This document shows positions 1 through 10,409 of a stretch of 64,000 nt of DNA, one piece after another. Position numbers and translations under genes: made by a program. The DNA comes from a virus. The notes below the pieces were generated by a model, which did not search any database, was not told where the DNA came from, and saw nothing but the letters and a program-made list of their open reading frames with translations. Within the stretch, counting starts at the first letter, position 1; each line of letters opens with the position of its first letter. The DNA lies in the IMG/VR virus record IMGVR_UViG_3300042465_006773; one strand, 5' to 3'.

Positions 1-19
1 ACATACAAGAAAACAATTT

Positions 20-625
20 ATGATAAAAAAACTTTTAAACCCGATTTTTCTATTTGTGGTTCTTTTTTTAACCACATCTCTACAAGCAAATAAAGACGAG
101 GTACATGTAAAAAACAATGTTTTTGAGGTACATTATTCTCAAAAATTAGAACAACCTGTTTGGTTGATATATCATTCTAAAAATAGACCTACTACGGTTA
201 ATAGAGGTTCAATGGATTTTTATACTGAACCAAATATAAAGACTTCAGACAACTTAGATTATAAAAATAATCAATGGGATAAAGGTCATTTGGCGCCAGC
301 GGCTAGTTTCTCAGATAATATGGAGAACTTAAAACAGACGTTTTCATATTTAAATTGTGCATTACAAAATCAAGATTTGAATAGAGGCGAATGGAGACTT
401 CTTGAAGAACAAGAAAGAGTATGGGATGATAATGAAAATTTAGTAATCAAAATAGACTTGATTTTTGATGAAAAATCACAGAAATTACCAACAGGTGCAA
501 CTGTTCCAACTTCTCTTGTGAAACATATTAATTTTACCAAATCCAATTCTTGGAAATGTTACAAATTTGAAAATGTTAAACCATTAAAAAAATGGACAGA
601 ACACCAAGTAAATTGTAAACATTAA
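20..625 (+). CDS. Exported DNA/RNA non-specific endonuclease (NucA/Serratia-type, beta-beta-alpha-Me)
   Basis: DKGHLAPAA catalytic motif, TFSYLNCALQNQDLNRGEW segment, N-terminal signal-peptide-like hydrophobic stretch. Confidence 0.9.
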   Translation: MIKKLLNPIFLFVVLFLTTSLQANKDEVHVKNNVFEVHYSQKLEQPVWLIYHSKNRPTTVNRGSMDFYTEPNIKTSDNLDYKNNQWDKGHLAPAASFSDNMENLKQTFSYLNCALQNQDLNRGEWRLLEEQERVWDDNENLVIKIDLIFDEKSQKLPTGATVPTSLVKHINFTKSNSWKCYKFENVKPLKKWTEHQVNCKH

Positions 626-626
626 T

Positions 627-833
627 ATGCTTTGTAAAGAACTATTTAATTTCCAAGATAAACTATTTTATATTGATAGAAAAATAAAAGAATCGAGTGT
701 ACCTCAAGATTTAATAAATGAACTTAAATCTATTTGGAAAATAGATACAGTTGTCAGACAAAATTCAAGACAAACAAACGAAAGCTATTATTTATTTCTA
801 AAGGAAATAAAGGACGCTGAAATTATTGACTAA
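627..833 (+). CDS. Hypothetical protein
   Basis: 68-aa ORF directly after the nuclease, no recognisable motif. Confidence 0.6.
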   Translation: MLCKELFNFQDKLFYIDRKIKESSVPQDLINELKSIWKIDTVVRQNSRQTNESYYLFLKEIKDAEIID

Positions 834-1210
834 TCTTTATTTTCGTTCGATTTATTGGTTACCGTAATGGTTCTTTTTGTGGTGGTGTTTGGTTTAATTG
901 ATGCGGTATTCATTTCTACGAGTTTGTCATAATTTAATTTGATGTCTTTTATGATTTCCGCAAATTCATAATTTTCATTTTCTTCACTTCTTTTCAAAAG
1001 AAAGTTTATGATAATGGGAACAGACTCGTTAAAATCTTTTATTTTTAAACTAACATTTTTAAGTATTATCTTAAAAACAAGATATTGTGTGACCATTTTT
1101 TTCTCACTATTAAGTGAGAAATACTTATCCGTTTCTATGTTGCTTAATACACTTTTGCCGATATTGTCTATAAACTGAGCAACCCAGTTATTGGTTAAAT
1201 TTATTTTCAT
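830..1210 (-). CDS. Hypothetical protein with UVR-like motif
   Basis: ORF 830-1231; ATG at 1210 preferred because ATATTTAT lies at 1230-1237; ENYEFAEIIKD resembles a UvrB/C (UVR) coiled-coil motif. Confidence 0.55.
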   Translation of the reverse strand: MKINLTNNWVAQFIDNIGKSVLSNIETDKYFSLNSEKKMVTQYLVFKIILKNVSLKIKDFNESVPIIINFLLKRSEENENYEFAEIIKDIKLNYDKLVEMNTASIKPNTTTKRTITVTNKSNENKD

Positions 1211-1252
1211 TATGTTTTCTCGTTTAAACATAAATATTTTGTTTTATATTAT

Positions 1253-1612
1253 TTATTTCGCCCATTTTCCTTTGGCAACAATTTGGGAAATAATAGCATA
1301 AACCGATAAGTCGGAATAAGTGTCAATAACACTCTCACCAACATTGTCTTGTTTCCCCAATAAAACCAATTGTTTTAAACGTTGAATTTTATCATTCATT
1401 CTAAACCAAATACCCGTTTGAGATAGTCTCAATTCTTCTTCAGTTTCTAATCTAGTACCGACCGAAATATTATCGGGACCATAGTTTAATTGTTTTTTAC
1501 AGAACAACTCGTATTGTTCTTTTAAAATTTTTTTAAATTCATAAGTTGTTTCAGGATAACGTTCCTCACATTCTTTAACTGCACTAATTTGTTGTGGTTT
1601 TTCTACTGACAT
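1253..1612 (-). CDS. Nucleotide modification-associated domain protein (DUF1599/Nmad1-like)
   Basis: KKQLNYG...RMNDKIQRL...ESVIDTYSDLSVYAII pattern. Confidence 0.75.
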   Translation of the reverse strand: MSVEKPQQISAVKECEERYPETTYEFKKILKEQYELFCKKQLNYGPDNISVGTRLETEEELRLSQTGIWFRMNDKIQRLKQLVLLGKQDNVGESVIDTYSDLSVYAIISQIVAKGKWAK

Positions 1613-1688
1613 GATATTTATTTTTTTTATTTAAAACATAACGAAAAAAAAGAGAATTTCCAAATATTTATAAAAAAAGTTTAATTGT

Positions 1689-1922
1689 ATGAAGGATAAT
1701 GAATTTAAAGAAGGATTTGAAACACCAAATACACCAAAGTCAAAACAATTGGTTAGGATGTTATCCTTTAGAGTGGTACCAGCGTACTTTCGAGAAATTG
1801 AAAAAGTCGCTGATAAAAAAAATATAACCGTGTCAAAACTTATTCGTACCTACATTAAAGAAGGTATGAAAAGAGACAATGCAATTGATAGTCAGGAAGA
1901 TAAAGAATTTAGAGTAGAGTAA
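1689..1922 (+). CDS. Small ribbon-helix-helix-type DNA-binding protein
   Basis: LSFRV strand followed by EIEKVADKKNITVSKLIRTYIKE helix pair. Confidence 0.6.
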   Translation: MKDNEFKEGFETPNTPKSKQLVRMLSFRVVPAYFREIEKVADKKNITVSKLIRTYIKEGMKRDNAIDSQEDKEFRVE

Positions 1923-2984
1923 CTACTTATCAAATCTTCTAAACGCGTTTTCGGTAATGTGATTGTATTCAACTCCACCTATGAACTGGTGGAGTTCTTT
2001 TTTTCCGGTGTAACTCATTGCTGACTTCAAATACGATTGAAAATTATCGACCCACCCTTCTACGGTATACTCAACCATTTGTTCTTTAACAATACCCTCT
2101 GAAGTTGTTAGTGTCTTTTTTCCCCAACCCATTTGAACTTCTTTGGTTGACATCCCCCTAAATGTTTTAAATAACGGTATATCAACATCAAACATTCTTT
2201 TAGTTTCTTGAGAAAATTGGTTTATAAGTTCATATCCACCAAGAGTAGAATCTCTGTGTTTTCTTGTTTCGCCAGCACTTTCTAAACATTTATTTAAGAT
2301 GGACCCCAACATCACAAAATCAGCACCAATAGCTAACGCTTTTATAATATCAGAATATTTTTTAAATCCACCGTCAGCAACAATTTTTGATGAGTTTGAT
2401 TTACCATATTTTAATTTAATCCGTCTACATTCTTCAATCAACGATGCCATTGGATAACCAATACCCGTTTGAACCGTGGTTAAACATCCGTTACCATTTC
2501 CAATCCCGATTCGAATATAATCGATGGAATTTGATTTGACATATTCAAAGTAAGTATCGGGGTTAGCGATGTTTCCAACCATAAGTTTCATTTGGTCACC
2601 GTATTTATTTTTTGCATCAATAGAAATATTGTATAAATCTTTCATGTGTCCGTTTGCAATATCAATAAGAACCAAAATTGGTTTTCCATTAATTGACGAC
2701 ACGGTATTGTCAAGAAATATTCTTTCAAAATCTTCAATCCCATATGAAAAAAATCTATCATTATCCCACCAATCTTTGTCTGGATGTTCGATTCTGGGAA
2801 TCACGGGTACGATTCCTTGGTCTTTAAAATAATGGAAATTATCTAAACTGATAACCGTGTCCATTGGTGCAGTCATTAATGGCAACATACCATCAACATA
2901 TCTTACGTTTATCTCACTTCTTGAGCGAATGTCTGAAAATCTTGTTGGACAAATTAATATGTCATCAAAATCGAATAATTTCAT
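1923..2984 (-). CDS. IMP dehydrogenase/GMP reductase family protein
   Basis: APMDTV, IDIANGH, GIGNGNGCLTT (catalytic Cys loop), ADGG, MLGS, FRGMST, SEG motifs. Confidence 0.9.
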   Translation of the reverse strand: MKLFDFDDILICPTRFSDIRSRSEINVRYVDGMLPLMTAPMDTVISLDNFHYFKDQGIVPVIPRIEHPDKDWWDNDRFFSYGIEDFERIFLDNTVSSINGKPILVLIDIANGHMKDLYNISIDAKNKYGDQMKLMVGNIANPDTYFEYVKSNSIDYIRIGIGNGNGCLTTVQTGIGYPMASLIEECRRIKLKYGKSNSSKIVADGGFKKYSDIIKALAIGADFVMLGSILNKCLESAGETRKHRDSTLGGYELINQFSQETKRMFDVDIPLFKTFRGMSTKEVQMGWGKKTLTTSEGIVKEQMVEYTVEGWVDNFQSYLKSAMSYTGKKELHQFIGGVEYNHITENAFRRFDK

Positions 2985-3056
2985 TTTTGTTTTTTTTTAA
3001 AATATAAAAAAAGATTAATAATTTACCAAACTAAAAAGTCAAAATATTTATCTGGT

Positions 3057-3389
3057 ATGGTGAACAAAGAAATTGAAGAAAAAACGGTATTAAGAATTTT
3101 AAATAATATTTTATTGGAGGAGACATCCAAAGTAAGTAGAACGGATTATAATCGTGTACAATTTAAAATGGACGAGTTGGAATCCCAAATATTGGAAACA
3201 ATAAAAGAGTTTAGAAAATTTGAGGACGCAATCCCTGACGGATTAAAAACATTAACAAACGGCCGATTAAAATCCATATACACCAATTTGGTTGAATCTC
3301 ACAATACCTTAAAAACTTTGAAAGTTAAAGTTAAAAATCATAAAAAAATCAATCATCAACAATCAGTTGATGAGAAAACAAACAAGTAA
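3057..3389 (+). CDS. Hypothetical coiled-coil protein
   Basis: 110-aa ORF preceded by ATATTTAT. Confidence 0.6.
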   Translation: MVNKEIEEKTVLRILNNILLEETSKVSRTDYNRVQFKMDELESQILETIKEFRKFEDAIPDGLKTLTNGRLKSIYTNLVESHNTLKTLKVKVKNHKKINHQQSVDEKTNK

Positions 3390-3390
3390 T

Positions 3391-3744
3391 TTATTTAATA
3401 ATTTTACTTGCTAAATCTTTTCCTTCTTTTGTAAGAAAGAACATTTCTTCATTGTTCTCATTTTCTATTGAATCTATAATTCCTTTTTCTTTTAGAGAAT
3501 TTAGAGTACCCAAAACAATTATTTCGTTCAGTAAATTTGAGACCTCTTCTTCTGAAAAGGAATCGTAAACATACTCATCCTCGGATAATTGTCCGTCGAT
3601 AAACTTTATTACCAATTTTTTACATATTAAATCAATAATTGAAGAATCAATTTCAAGTTCATTTTCCTCGAAAAAATTGATATCTACAAGTACCTCAACA
3701 AGTTCATTTGTTTTATCTACTACGATTTTGGGGTAGTTATTCAT
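3391..3744 (-). CDS. Hypothetical acidic protein (possible C-terminal winged helix)
   Basis: LNSLKEKGII...FFLTKEGK. Confidence 0.55.
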   Translation of the reverse strand: MNNYPKIVVDKTNELVEVLVDINFFEENELEIDSSIIDLICKKLVIKFIDGQLSEDEYVYDSFSEEEVSNLLNEIIVLGTLNSLKEKGIIDSIENENNEEMFFLTKEGKDLASKIIK

Positions 3745-3842
3745 GGTCTTTTTATAAAGTATACAAATAAAGATTGATAAATCAAAATTTCACTTTACAA
3801 TGTTCATATTAATGTATATTTTTTCTCTAAAATTAGATATCT

Positions 3843-5099
3843 ATGTCAAATAATGAAAAAATTTTCGTACAAATTGCATCATATAGAGACCCCGAACTTC
3901 TACCCACGTTAAAAGACTGTTTGGATAACGCGGAAAACCCTGATAATTTGGTGTTTTCAATTGCTTGGCAACACTCAGAAGAAGATAAATGGGATAATTT
4001 GGATGAATATAAAAATGACCCAAGATTTAAGATAATTGATATAAATTATAAAAGGTCAAAGGGAGTATGTTGGGCGAGAAACTTGCTTCAACAACAATAT
4101 AATAATGAAAAATACACCCTTCAATTAGATTCCCACCACAGATTTACAAAAAATTGGGACACCGAATTAAAATTGGAATTAACGAGGTTGCAAGAAAAAG
4201 GTTACCCGAAACCGATGTTAACTGGTTATATTCCACATTATGAACCCGGTTCGGATTATAGTAGTAGAGAAAGTGTTCCATGGAGAATGAATTTCGATAG
4301 ATTCAGTCCTGATGGAAATATCCATTTTTTACCATCATCCATAGATGATTATAAAGAAAGAACAGAACCGGTTGGTGCCAGATTTTACTCTGCCCATTTT
4401 TGTTTTACGTTAGGTCAACACGCAATAGAAGTTCCTCATGACCCTGAATATTACTTCCATGGTGAAGAAATATCTGTTGCTGTTAGGTCATTTACGTGGG
4501 GTTATGACTTATTTCATTTACATAGAACAATAATTTGGCATTATTATACTCGAAGGGGTTCAATAAAACAATGGGATGATGACAAAGATTGGCCAAAAAG
4601 AAATGATTACTGTTATTATAAAAACAGAAAACTTTTTGGAATGGAAATCGATAACAATAATATAAATTGGGGTGATTATGGTTTTGGTTCACATAGAACA
4701 TTAGAAGATTATGAAAAATATGCGGGTATATCTTTTAAGAAAAGAGGCGTTCAACAATATACTCTTGACGAAAGATATCCACCAAACCCTGTCATTGAAA
4801 ATCAAGAGGATTATGAAAACTCATTTTCAATTAGATTTAAACATTGTATTGATATTGGATATCACGATGTTCCATATGATGATTATACTTTTTGGGCGGT
4901 CGCATTTGAAGATGAAGAGGGTAATGAAATTTTTAGACAGGATGCAAATCCAAATGAAATAAAAAATATGAAAAATGATAAAGATGGATACTGTAAACTA
5001 TGGAGAAGTTTCGAAACAACAAAAAGAGTTGCGAAATGGGTTGTTTGGCCCCACTCCGCTGAACATGGATGGGGTGAAAGACTCGAAGGAAAACTTTAA
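3843..5099 (+). CDS. Glycosyltransferase, Skp1-type GlcNAc transferase family (GT60-like)
   Basis: IFVQIASYRDPEL, GVCWAR, LQLDSHHRF, FHGEEI motifs. Confidence 0.85.
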   Translation: MSNNEKIFVQIASYRDPELLPTLKDCLDNAENPDNLVFSIAWQHSEEDKWDNLDEYKNDPRFKIIDINYKRSKGVCWARNLLQQQYNNEKYTLQLDSHHRFTKNWDTELKLELTRLQEKGYPKPMLTGYIPHYEPGSDYSSRESVPWRMNFDRFSPDGNIHFLPSSIDDYKERTEPVGARFYSAHFCFTLGQHAIEVPHDPEYYFHGEEISVAVRSFTWGYDLFHLHRTIIWHYYTRRGSIKQWDDDKDWPKRNDYCYYKNRKLFGMEIDNNNINWGDYGFGSHRTLEDYEKYAGISFKKRGVQQYTLDERYPPNPVIENQEDYENSFSIRFKHCIDIGYHDVPYDDYTFWAVAFEDEEGNEIFRQDANPNEIKNMKNDKDGYCKLWRSFETTKRVAKWVVWPHSAEHGWGERLEGKL

Positions 5100-6420
5100 T
5101 TTAGATTTTAGTGTTGAAGTGGTGGAAATTACTCCAACACCAAAAGTATCGAAATTAGAAAGAATTTTGGTTCATCTACCTGCATACAGAGAACCAGAAT
5201 TAATTCCAACAATTAAAAGTGCGTTAGAAAATGCTGAATTTCCCGAAAGAATACATTTTGGGATATGTAGACAATATCACCCTGAAGACGGTTTTGATAA
5301 TGTTGATGATTATAGGAACGACCCAAGATTTAAAATCAAAGACATCGTGTACACCGAAGCAAAAGGTTTAGCATATGCTAGAGGTATCATCAACGATGAG
5401 TTACTAACAGATGAAGAATTTGTTTGTCAATTAGACTCACATCATAGATTTGATAAAAATTGGGACAGTACGTTAATTGGTTGGTATCATGAATTAAAAA
5501 ATGATGGTCATAATCCATTAATATGTGGTTATTTACCATATTACGACCCATTTAATGACCCCGAAAAACGTGTTCAAGAACCTTGGTTTTCGAGAGCAGA
5601 ATGTTTTTATCCTCACGGTACCATTTTCATAAGACCAAGTGGTGTTAGGGGTGGTTGGCAACATTTAACCAAACCATATCCCGCAAGATTTATTAGTGGT
5701 CATTTTTGTTTTGGTCCAAACAAATGGGCGAAAGAGGTTAGACATGACCCAAACATTTTCTTTGCTGGTGAAGAAATAAATTTATCTGTGAGGAGTTTCA
5801 CATATGGATACGATTTATTTCACCCACATAAAGTCGTAATTTGGCATGCAACAATGAGAGAAGAAAGAGCCGGAAAATTGGTTTGGGATGACCAACACAA
5901 AAGAGGTGAACCTATGTGGTGGAAACAACAGGAAGTTGGTCGTTCGAGGATAAGACAAATGTTAACAGGCGAAGATAATGGTCATGATTTAGGACCATAT
6001 GGTTTAGGTACAGTAAGAACTGTTCGTGATTATGAAAAATATGCTGGTATTCACTTTAAAAATAGAGCGTTTCAAAAATGGACAATTGATGATAAACCAC
6101 CACCAAACCCACAATTTGAAACAGAAGAAGAATGGGAAAATTCATTTACTCGCTCATTTTATTACTTAGTAACAATTAATAGAGAAGACTTACCTGAAAA
6201 CGACTATGACTTTATTTTGGTCGCATATGATGATGAAAACGGGGAGTCGATATTTAGTAAGTACATTGACAATGGGCAACTAAAGAATTTTCTAACACAT
6301 GGACATCAAATTCACTATGAAGAAATGTTTTATATTGAAAAAGAACCATCAAGAGTGGTATTTTGGGCCCATTCACCTGAAAGAGGTTGGGCTGAAAGAA
6401 AAGAAATAAAATTAAAATAA
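5065..6420 (+). CDS. Second GT60-like GlcNAc transferase (tandem paralogue)
   Basis: LPAYREPEL, GLAYAR, QLDSHHRF, FAGEEI; ORF open from 4975, start uncertain (ATG 5065 or GTG 5119/5122). Confidence 0.8.
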   Translation: MDGVKDSKENFNLDFSVEVVEITPTPKVSKLERILVHLPAYREPELIPTIKSALENAEFPERIHFGICRQYHPEDGFDNVDDYRNDPRFKIKDIVYTEAKGLAYARGIINDELLTDEEFVCQLDSHHRFDKNWDSTLIGWYHELKNDGHNPLICGYLPYYDPFNDPEKRVQEPWFSRAECFYPHGTIFIRPSGVRGGWQHLTKPYPARFISGHFCFGPNKWAKEVRHDPNIFFAGEEINLSVRSFTYGYDLFHPHKVVIWHATMREERAGKLVWDDQHKRGEPMWWKQQEVGRSRIRQMLTGEDNGHDLGPYGLGTVRTVRDYEKYAGIHFKNRAFQKWTIDDKPPPNPQFETEEEWENSFTRSFYYLVTINREDLPENDYDFILVAYDDENGESIFSKYIDNGQLKNFLTHGHQIHYEEMFYIEKEPSRVVFWAHSPERGWAERKEIKLK

Positions 6421-6432
6421 AAAAATTAAAGT

Positions 6433-7170
6433 ATGAATAAATTTATTGAAGTATTAAAAGCGTGTGATAATTTTAAAAAAACAACCTACTATTGGGACCA
6501 CAATAGTTTAACACACGAGGAAAATTCTATTAGAAATTATCCCGCACCGTGGATTACAAAAACCGTTGAATTGTTAAAAATAATAGGTGGAAACGTTGTT
6601 GTTGAAATTGGTTCAACAAGACGAGAATTAACTCAAAATTGTATTTCTTACCATAACAATTCGATGAAATTAGAAAGTAAAGATGCCCCACCTTGTTGTC
6701 AAGATGGTCATTCAACTTATTACTGGGTTAGAGAAGGTTTTGAAGTCTACACTGTCGATATTGACCCAATGTGTAAACAACAAATAGAAAGCTCTTATGA
6801 ATATCATATTAAAGAACCAATTCCGAGTAATTTACACATACACATACCACAAGATGGTATTGATTTTTTAAAAAATTTTAATAAAAAAATTGATTTATTG
6901 TTTTTGGATGGTTGGGACGTTGGGACGGATTCTTTTGCGGAAAAACATTTAGAGGCTTTCATGGTTGCAAAAGATAAACTGTCAGATATTCATCTAATTT
7001 CAATTGATGACACTGATTTTGATACCGACCTTGGTGGTAAAGATAAGTTACTAACACCATACTTATTAGAAAATGGTTATGTAAAGGTTTTGTGGGGTAG
7101 GCAGACTGTATATGTTAAAAATAGTGAATTAGAAAAACCAAAATCAAGTTTTTTTTCAAAATTTTTGTAA
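6433..7170 (+). CDS. Class I SAM-dependent methyltransferase
   Basis: VVEIGS, YTVDIDP, IDLLFLDG, IDD motifs. Confidence 0.7.
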   Translation: MNKFIEVLKACDNFKKTTYYWDHNSLTHEENSIRNYPAPWITKTVELLKIIGGNVVVEIGSTRRELTQNCISYHNNSMKLESKDAPPCCQDGHSTYYWVREGFEVYTVDIDPMCKQQIESSYEYHIKEPIPSNLHIHIPQDGIDFLKNFNKKIDLLFLDGWDVGTDSFAEKHLEAFMVAKDKLSDIHLISIDDTDFDTDLGGKDKLLTPYLLENGYVKVLWGRQTVYVKNSELEKPKSSFFSKFL

Positions 7171-7231
7171 TTATTAATACGGAAATATCGATTAATAAAT
7201 TAATATAAATAACTTAAACTAAGAAGACAAG

Positions 7232-8254
7232 ATGTTCACATTTTTCAAAGTAATTTGGGGTACCGCCCATTTTAAAACTAGATTTTTAAATTTTATAGAA
7301 TCAAATCCTAACATTGCAAAGAAAGTGATATATTTTGTTGATAATGATGAAATCTATGAAGAATATAAATTAGATTATAATATAGTTAGTTTAGATTCAT
7401 TAAGAGAAAATCACGAATGGAGTAACACTTATGAAATTTTTTATAAAGAATCAAATGATACCGAATATGTTAGAAATTTTTGGGATTTTTATCGCGAAAA
7501 AAACACATTATTACCCAACACAACATTTAGATTTGTTTTGCTATATATGTATGAAAAAAACATATTAAAATTTAAATATTTACCCAATAATTCTTTTATA
7601 ACTGACAATGAATTGTTAATAGATAATTATTTTAATACAATTGAACCAGCAATGTTTACAACTAAATTAGGTCTACCAAGACATTATATTAATACTGTTA
7701 GTGGATTTATTAATGATTATTTAAAATTAAAATTCCCACATCTTATATTGCCAAAAGAAGAATATTGGTTAGAAATACAACTTACCACATTTAGTTTTGA
7801 AAACAAAGACCACCTCATGTTATTTTACGATTTATGGGATTCAATATTAAAAGTTATATTTGAAGAACATATTCATCATTTTTTTCAAATGAATCAGATG
7901 GCATATCTCCACATGGATGATGTTATTGGTTATATATTTAGAATATTTGAAATTAATTTTAATTATAAAATTGACCATTGGCATCCTTATTGGGACCAAA
8001 ATACTCTGGGTTTCCATAAAACAACATGGCACGACAATTGGTATTATAAATATTCTAAAAAAATAAATAACGAATATATTCATTATCCTTGGGGCGACTT
8101 TGGGGACTTTGTCGTGCCCGTAAACCCAACAATTGAAACGTATATTGAAAGAAATAAAGAACTGATTAATATATATTTTAATCACCATTTTCCTTATTGT
8201 AATTGTAAAATCACAGAAAATAATCAAGTTAAAATAAAATTTCTTGGGGTATAA
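7232..8254 (+). CDS. Hypothetical protein, possible divergent glycosyltransferase; paralogue of 17287-18294
   Basis: Shared blocks LDSLRENHEWS/IDDLRKDYPWS and FYDLWDSILK/FFDLINNILK; location in the glycosylation island. Confidence 0.55.
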   Translation: MFTFFKVIWGTAHFKTRFLNFIESNPNIAKKVIYFVDNDEIYEEYKLDYNIVSLDSLRENHEWSNTYEIFYKESNDTEYVRNFWDFYREKNTLLPNTTFRFVLLYMYEKNILKFKYLPNNSFITDNELLIDNYFNTIEPAMFTTKLGLPRHYINTVSGFINDYLKLKFPHLILPKEEYWLEIQLTTFSFENKDHLMLFYDLWDSILKVIFEEHIHHFFQMNQMAYLHMDDVIGYIFRIFEINFNYKIDHWHPYWDQNTLGFHKTTWHDNWYYKYSKKINNEYIHYPWGDFGDFVVPVNPTIETYIERNKELINIYFNHHFPYCNCKITENNQVKIKFLGV

Positions 8255-9397
8255 ATGAAAAAAATATGGTACGCCCCCAACAAATTTGAATCGTATGGGG
8301 AACAAGAAATTCAAGCAGTAGTTGAATGCTTACGTTCAGGTTGGTTAGCGGGATTTGGTCCGAAATCAATTGAGTTTGAAGAAAGGGTTGCAAAATATTT
8401 TGGAAAAAAATATGGTGTATTTGTAAACTCAGGCTCATCGGCATGTTTACTTGCTTTAGCAAGTTTACTCCTTCCAAAAGGGACTAAAGTGGTTACACCC
8501 GCTTGTACTTTCTCAACAACACTCGCACCAATAATTCAGCTGGGTTTAGTGCCTATATTTGTAGATGTTGATTTGAATACTTATGTAGCAAATGTAGATG
8601 AGGTATTGAGTGTAATAACTGATGATGTTAAAGTCCTAATGTTACCTAATTTGATTGGTAATAAGCCTGATTGGAAAAAAATCAAAGAGGGTTTAATTGA
8701 TATGGGTAGAGAAGATATCATTTTAATTGAAGATTCGGCTGATACGGTTACTCACACACCCGAAACGGATATTGCTACTACAAGCTTTTATGCATCGCAT
8801 GTTATTACTGCCGGAGGAGCAGGTGGTATGGTGATGTTTAATGAAGAAAAATATCGTAATACTTGCTTACAATTTAGAGATTGGGGTAGGATTGGTGATA
8901 ACTCCGAAGCAATGTCAGATAGATTCAATCATAGTGTTGATGGGATACCATACGATTATAAGTTTTTGTATGGTGTTTTGGGTTACAATATGAAATCATC
9001 GGAAATGAATGCAGCATTTGGACTTGTTCAATTAGATAGGTTTGGTGAGTTTGAAAAAATCAGAAGAGATAATATTGAAAGATATTTGGAAAATCTGAAA
9101 GATGTAGAGGAAATATTGTTACCTGATGATAGTATTAAACCAAATTGGTTAGCAATCCCGCTACAAACTGAAAAGAGATATGAGTTGCTTCACTTTTTAG
9201 AAGATAATAATATTCAAACAAGAGTAACCTTTGCGGGGAATGTAACCCGACATCCAATCTATAGAGAATATCTTCACCCATTTCAAAATTCAGATACTAT
9301 TATGAAAAATGGATTTTTGTTAGGAGCGCATCATGGTATGACAATTGAGGACGTAGATTATGTTTGTGATAAGATAAAAGAATTTTTTAACAAATGA
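8255..9397 (+). CDS. DegT/DnrJ/EryC1/StrS family enzyme, probably NDP-4-keto-6-deoxyhexose 3-dehydratase (RfbH/DdhC/ColD-like)
   Basis: FVNSGSSA, EDSAD, SFYASHVITAGGAGG (His in place of the Schiff-base Lys), RDWGR, GYNMK. Confidence 0.85.
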   Translation: MKKIWYAPNKFESYGEQEIQAVVECLRSGWLAGFGPKSIEFEERVAKYFGKKYGVFVNSGSSACLLALASLLLPKGTKVVTPACTFSTTLAPIIQLGLVPIFVDVDLNTYVANVDEVLSVITDDVKVLMLPNLIGNKPDWKKIKEGLIDMGREDIILIEDSADTVTHTPETDIATTSFYASHVITAGGAGGMVMFNEEKYRNTCLQFRDWGRIGDNSEAMSDRFNHSVDGIPYDYKFLYGVLGYNMKSSEMNAAFGLVQLDRFGEFEKIRRDNIERYLENLKDVEEILLPDDSIKPNWLAIPLQTEKRYELLHFLEDNNIQTRVTFAGNVTRHPIYREYLHPFQNSDTIMKNGFLLGAHHGMTIEDVDYVCDKIKEFFNK

Positions 9398-10344
9398 AAA
9401 TAGTATATGTAACCGGTTGTTTAGGATTCATAGGTTCTTACATAACCAAAACTTGTTTAGATTTGGGTTGGTATGTTAAAGGTGTAGATAAAATAACTTA
9501 TGCCGCAAACAAAGACTTATTAGTAGAATTTAAAAAATACCCAAATTTTTCATTTGTTAATTGTGATATAAATGATTTAAAATTTTTATACGATTGTGAT
9601 TATGTAATTAACACTGCCGCAGAAACTCATGTCGGTAATTCAATAGCAAACAGTGATGATTTTGTTCACTCCAATATAAATGGGGTTCACAATTTGTTAG
9701 AACTGATTAAAAATCATAGAGGAGAAAATATAAGTAAACCAACATTATTACACTTTAGTACCGATGAAGTTTATGGTGATATTGAAGAGGGTGAACATAT
9801 TGAAACGGATTTATTAAAACCATCAAACCCATACTCAGCTACAAAAGCCGCAGCAGATATGTTAGTGTTAGCTTGGGCTCGTACTTATAACTTACCTTAC
9901 ATTATTGTTCGCCCAACTAACAATTATGGTATAGGTCAATATGTTGAAAAACTTATCCCTAAAGCATGTAAGTATCTTAAATTGGGAAGAAAAATTCCAT
10001 TACATAATAATGGTACACCAATTAGAAATTGGTTACATGCTCAAGATACTGCTGATGCTATTATAACAATCATTGAATCAGGAGTAGAAAATGAAATTTA
10101 TAATATTTGTGGAGGTTTTGAACAAAGTAATTTGGATACCATAAAAAAATTACTTATATTAAATAATATAAATTCAGAAGATATAAATAAATATATTGAT
10201 TGGTCATATTCTAGAATAGGTCAAGATATTAGATATGCTTTAGATGATTCTAAATTAAAAGCATTGGGTTGGGAACCACAAGTAAAATTTGATAAAGAAT
10301 TACCTTTAATTGTTGAATACTATAAAAATAAATTTATATGGTAA
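9394..10344 (+). CDS. rmlB: dTDP-glucose 4,6-dehydratase-like
   Basis: VTGCLGFIGS, AAETHV, STDEVYGD, PYSATKAA, NNYG, EKLIP. Confidence 0.85.
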   Translation: MKIVYVTGCLGFIGSYITKTCLDLGWYVKGVDKITYAANKDLLVEFKKYPNFSFVNCDINDLKFLYDCDYVINTAAETHVGNSIANSDDFVHSNINGVHNLLELIKNHRGENISKPTLLHFSTDEVYGDIEEGEHIETDLLKPSNPYSATKAAADMLVLAWARTYNLPYIIVRPTNNYGIGQYVEKLIPKACKYLKLGRKIPLHNNGTPIRNWLHAQDTADAIITIIESGVENEIYNICGGFEQSNLDTIKKLLILNNINSEDINKYIDWSYSRIGQDIRYALDDSKLKALGWEPQVKFDKELPLIVEYYKNKFIW

Positions 10345-10409
10345 TATATATTGACATAGATAAGACTATATGCAAAAGTCCTAAGGTTGGAATTCAGATA
10401 TTAAATTAA
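10338..10409 (+). pseudogene. 5' remnant of a HAD-family phosphatase gene
   Basis: Reads MVIYIDIDKTICKSPKVGIQILN*; HAD motif I (DxDxT) at the N-terminus, start overlaps the rmlB 3' end, truncated at the 31-bp duplication. Confidence 0.55.
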
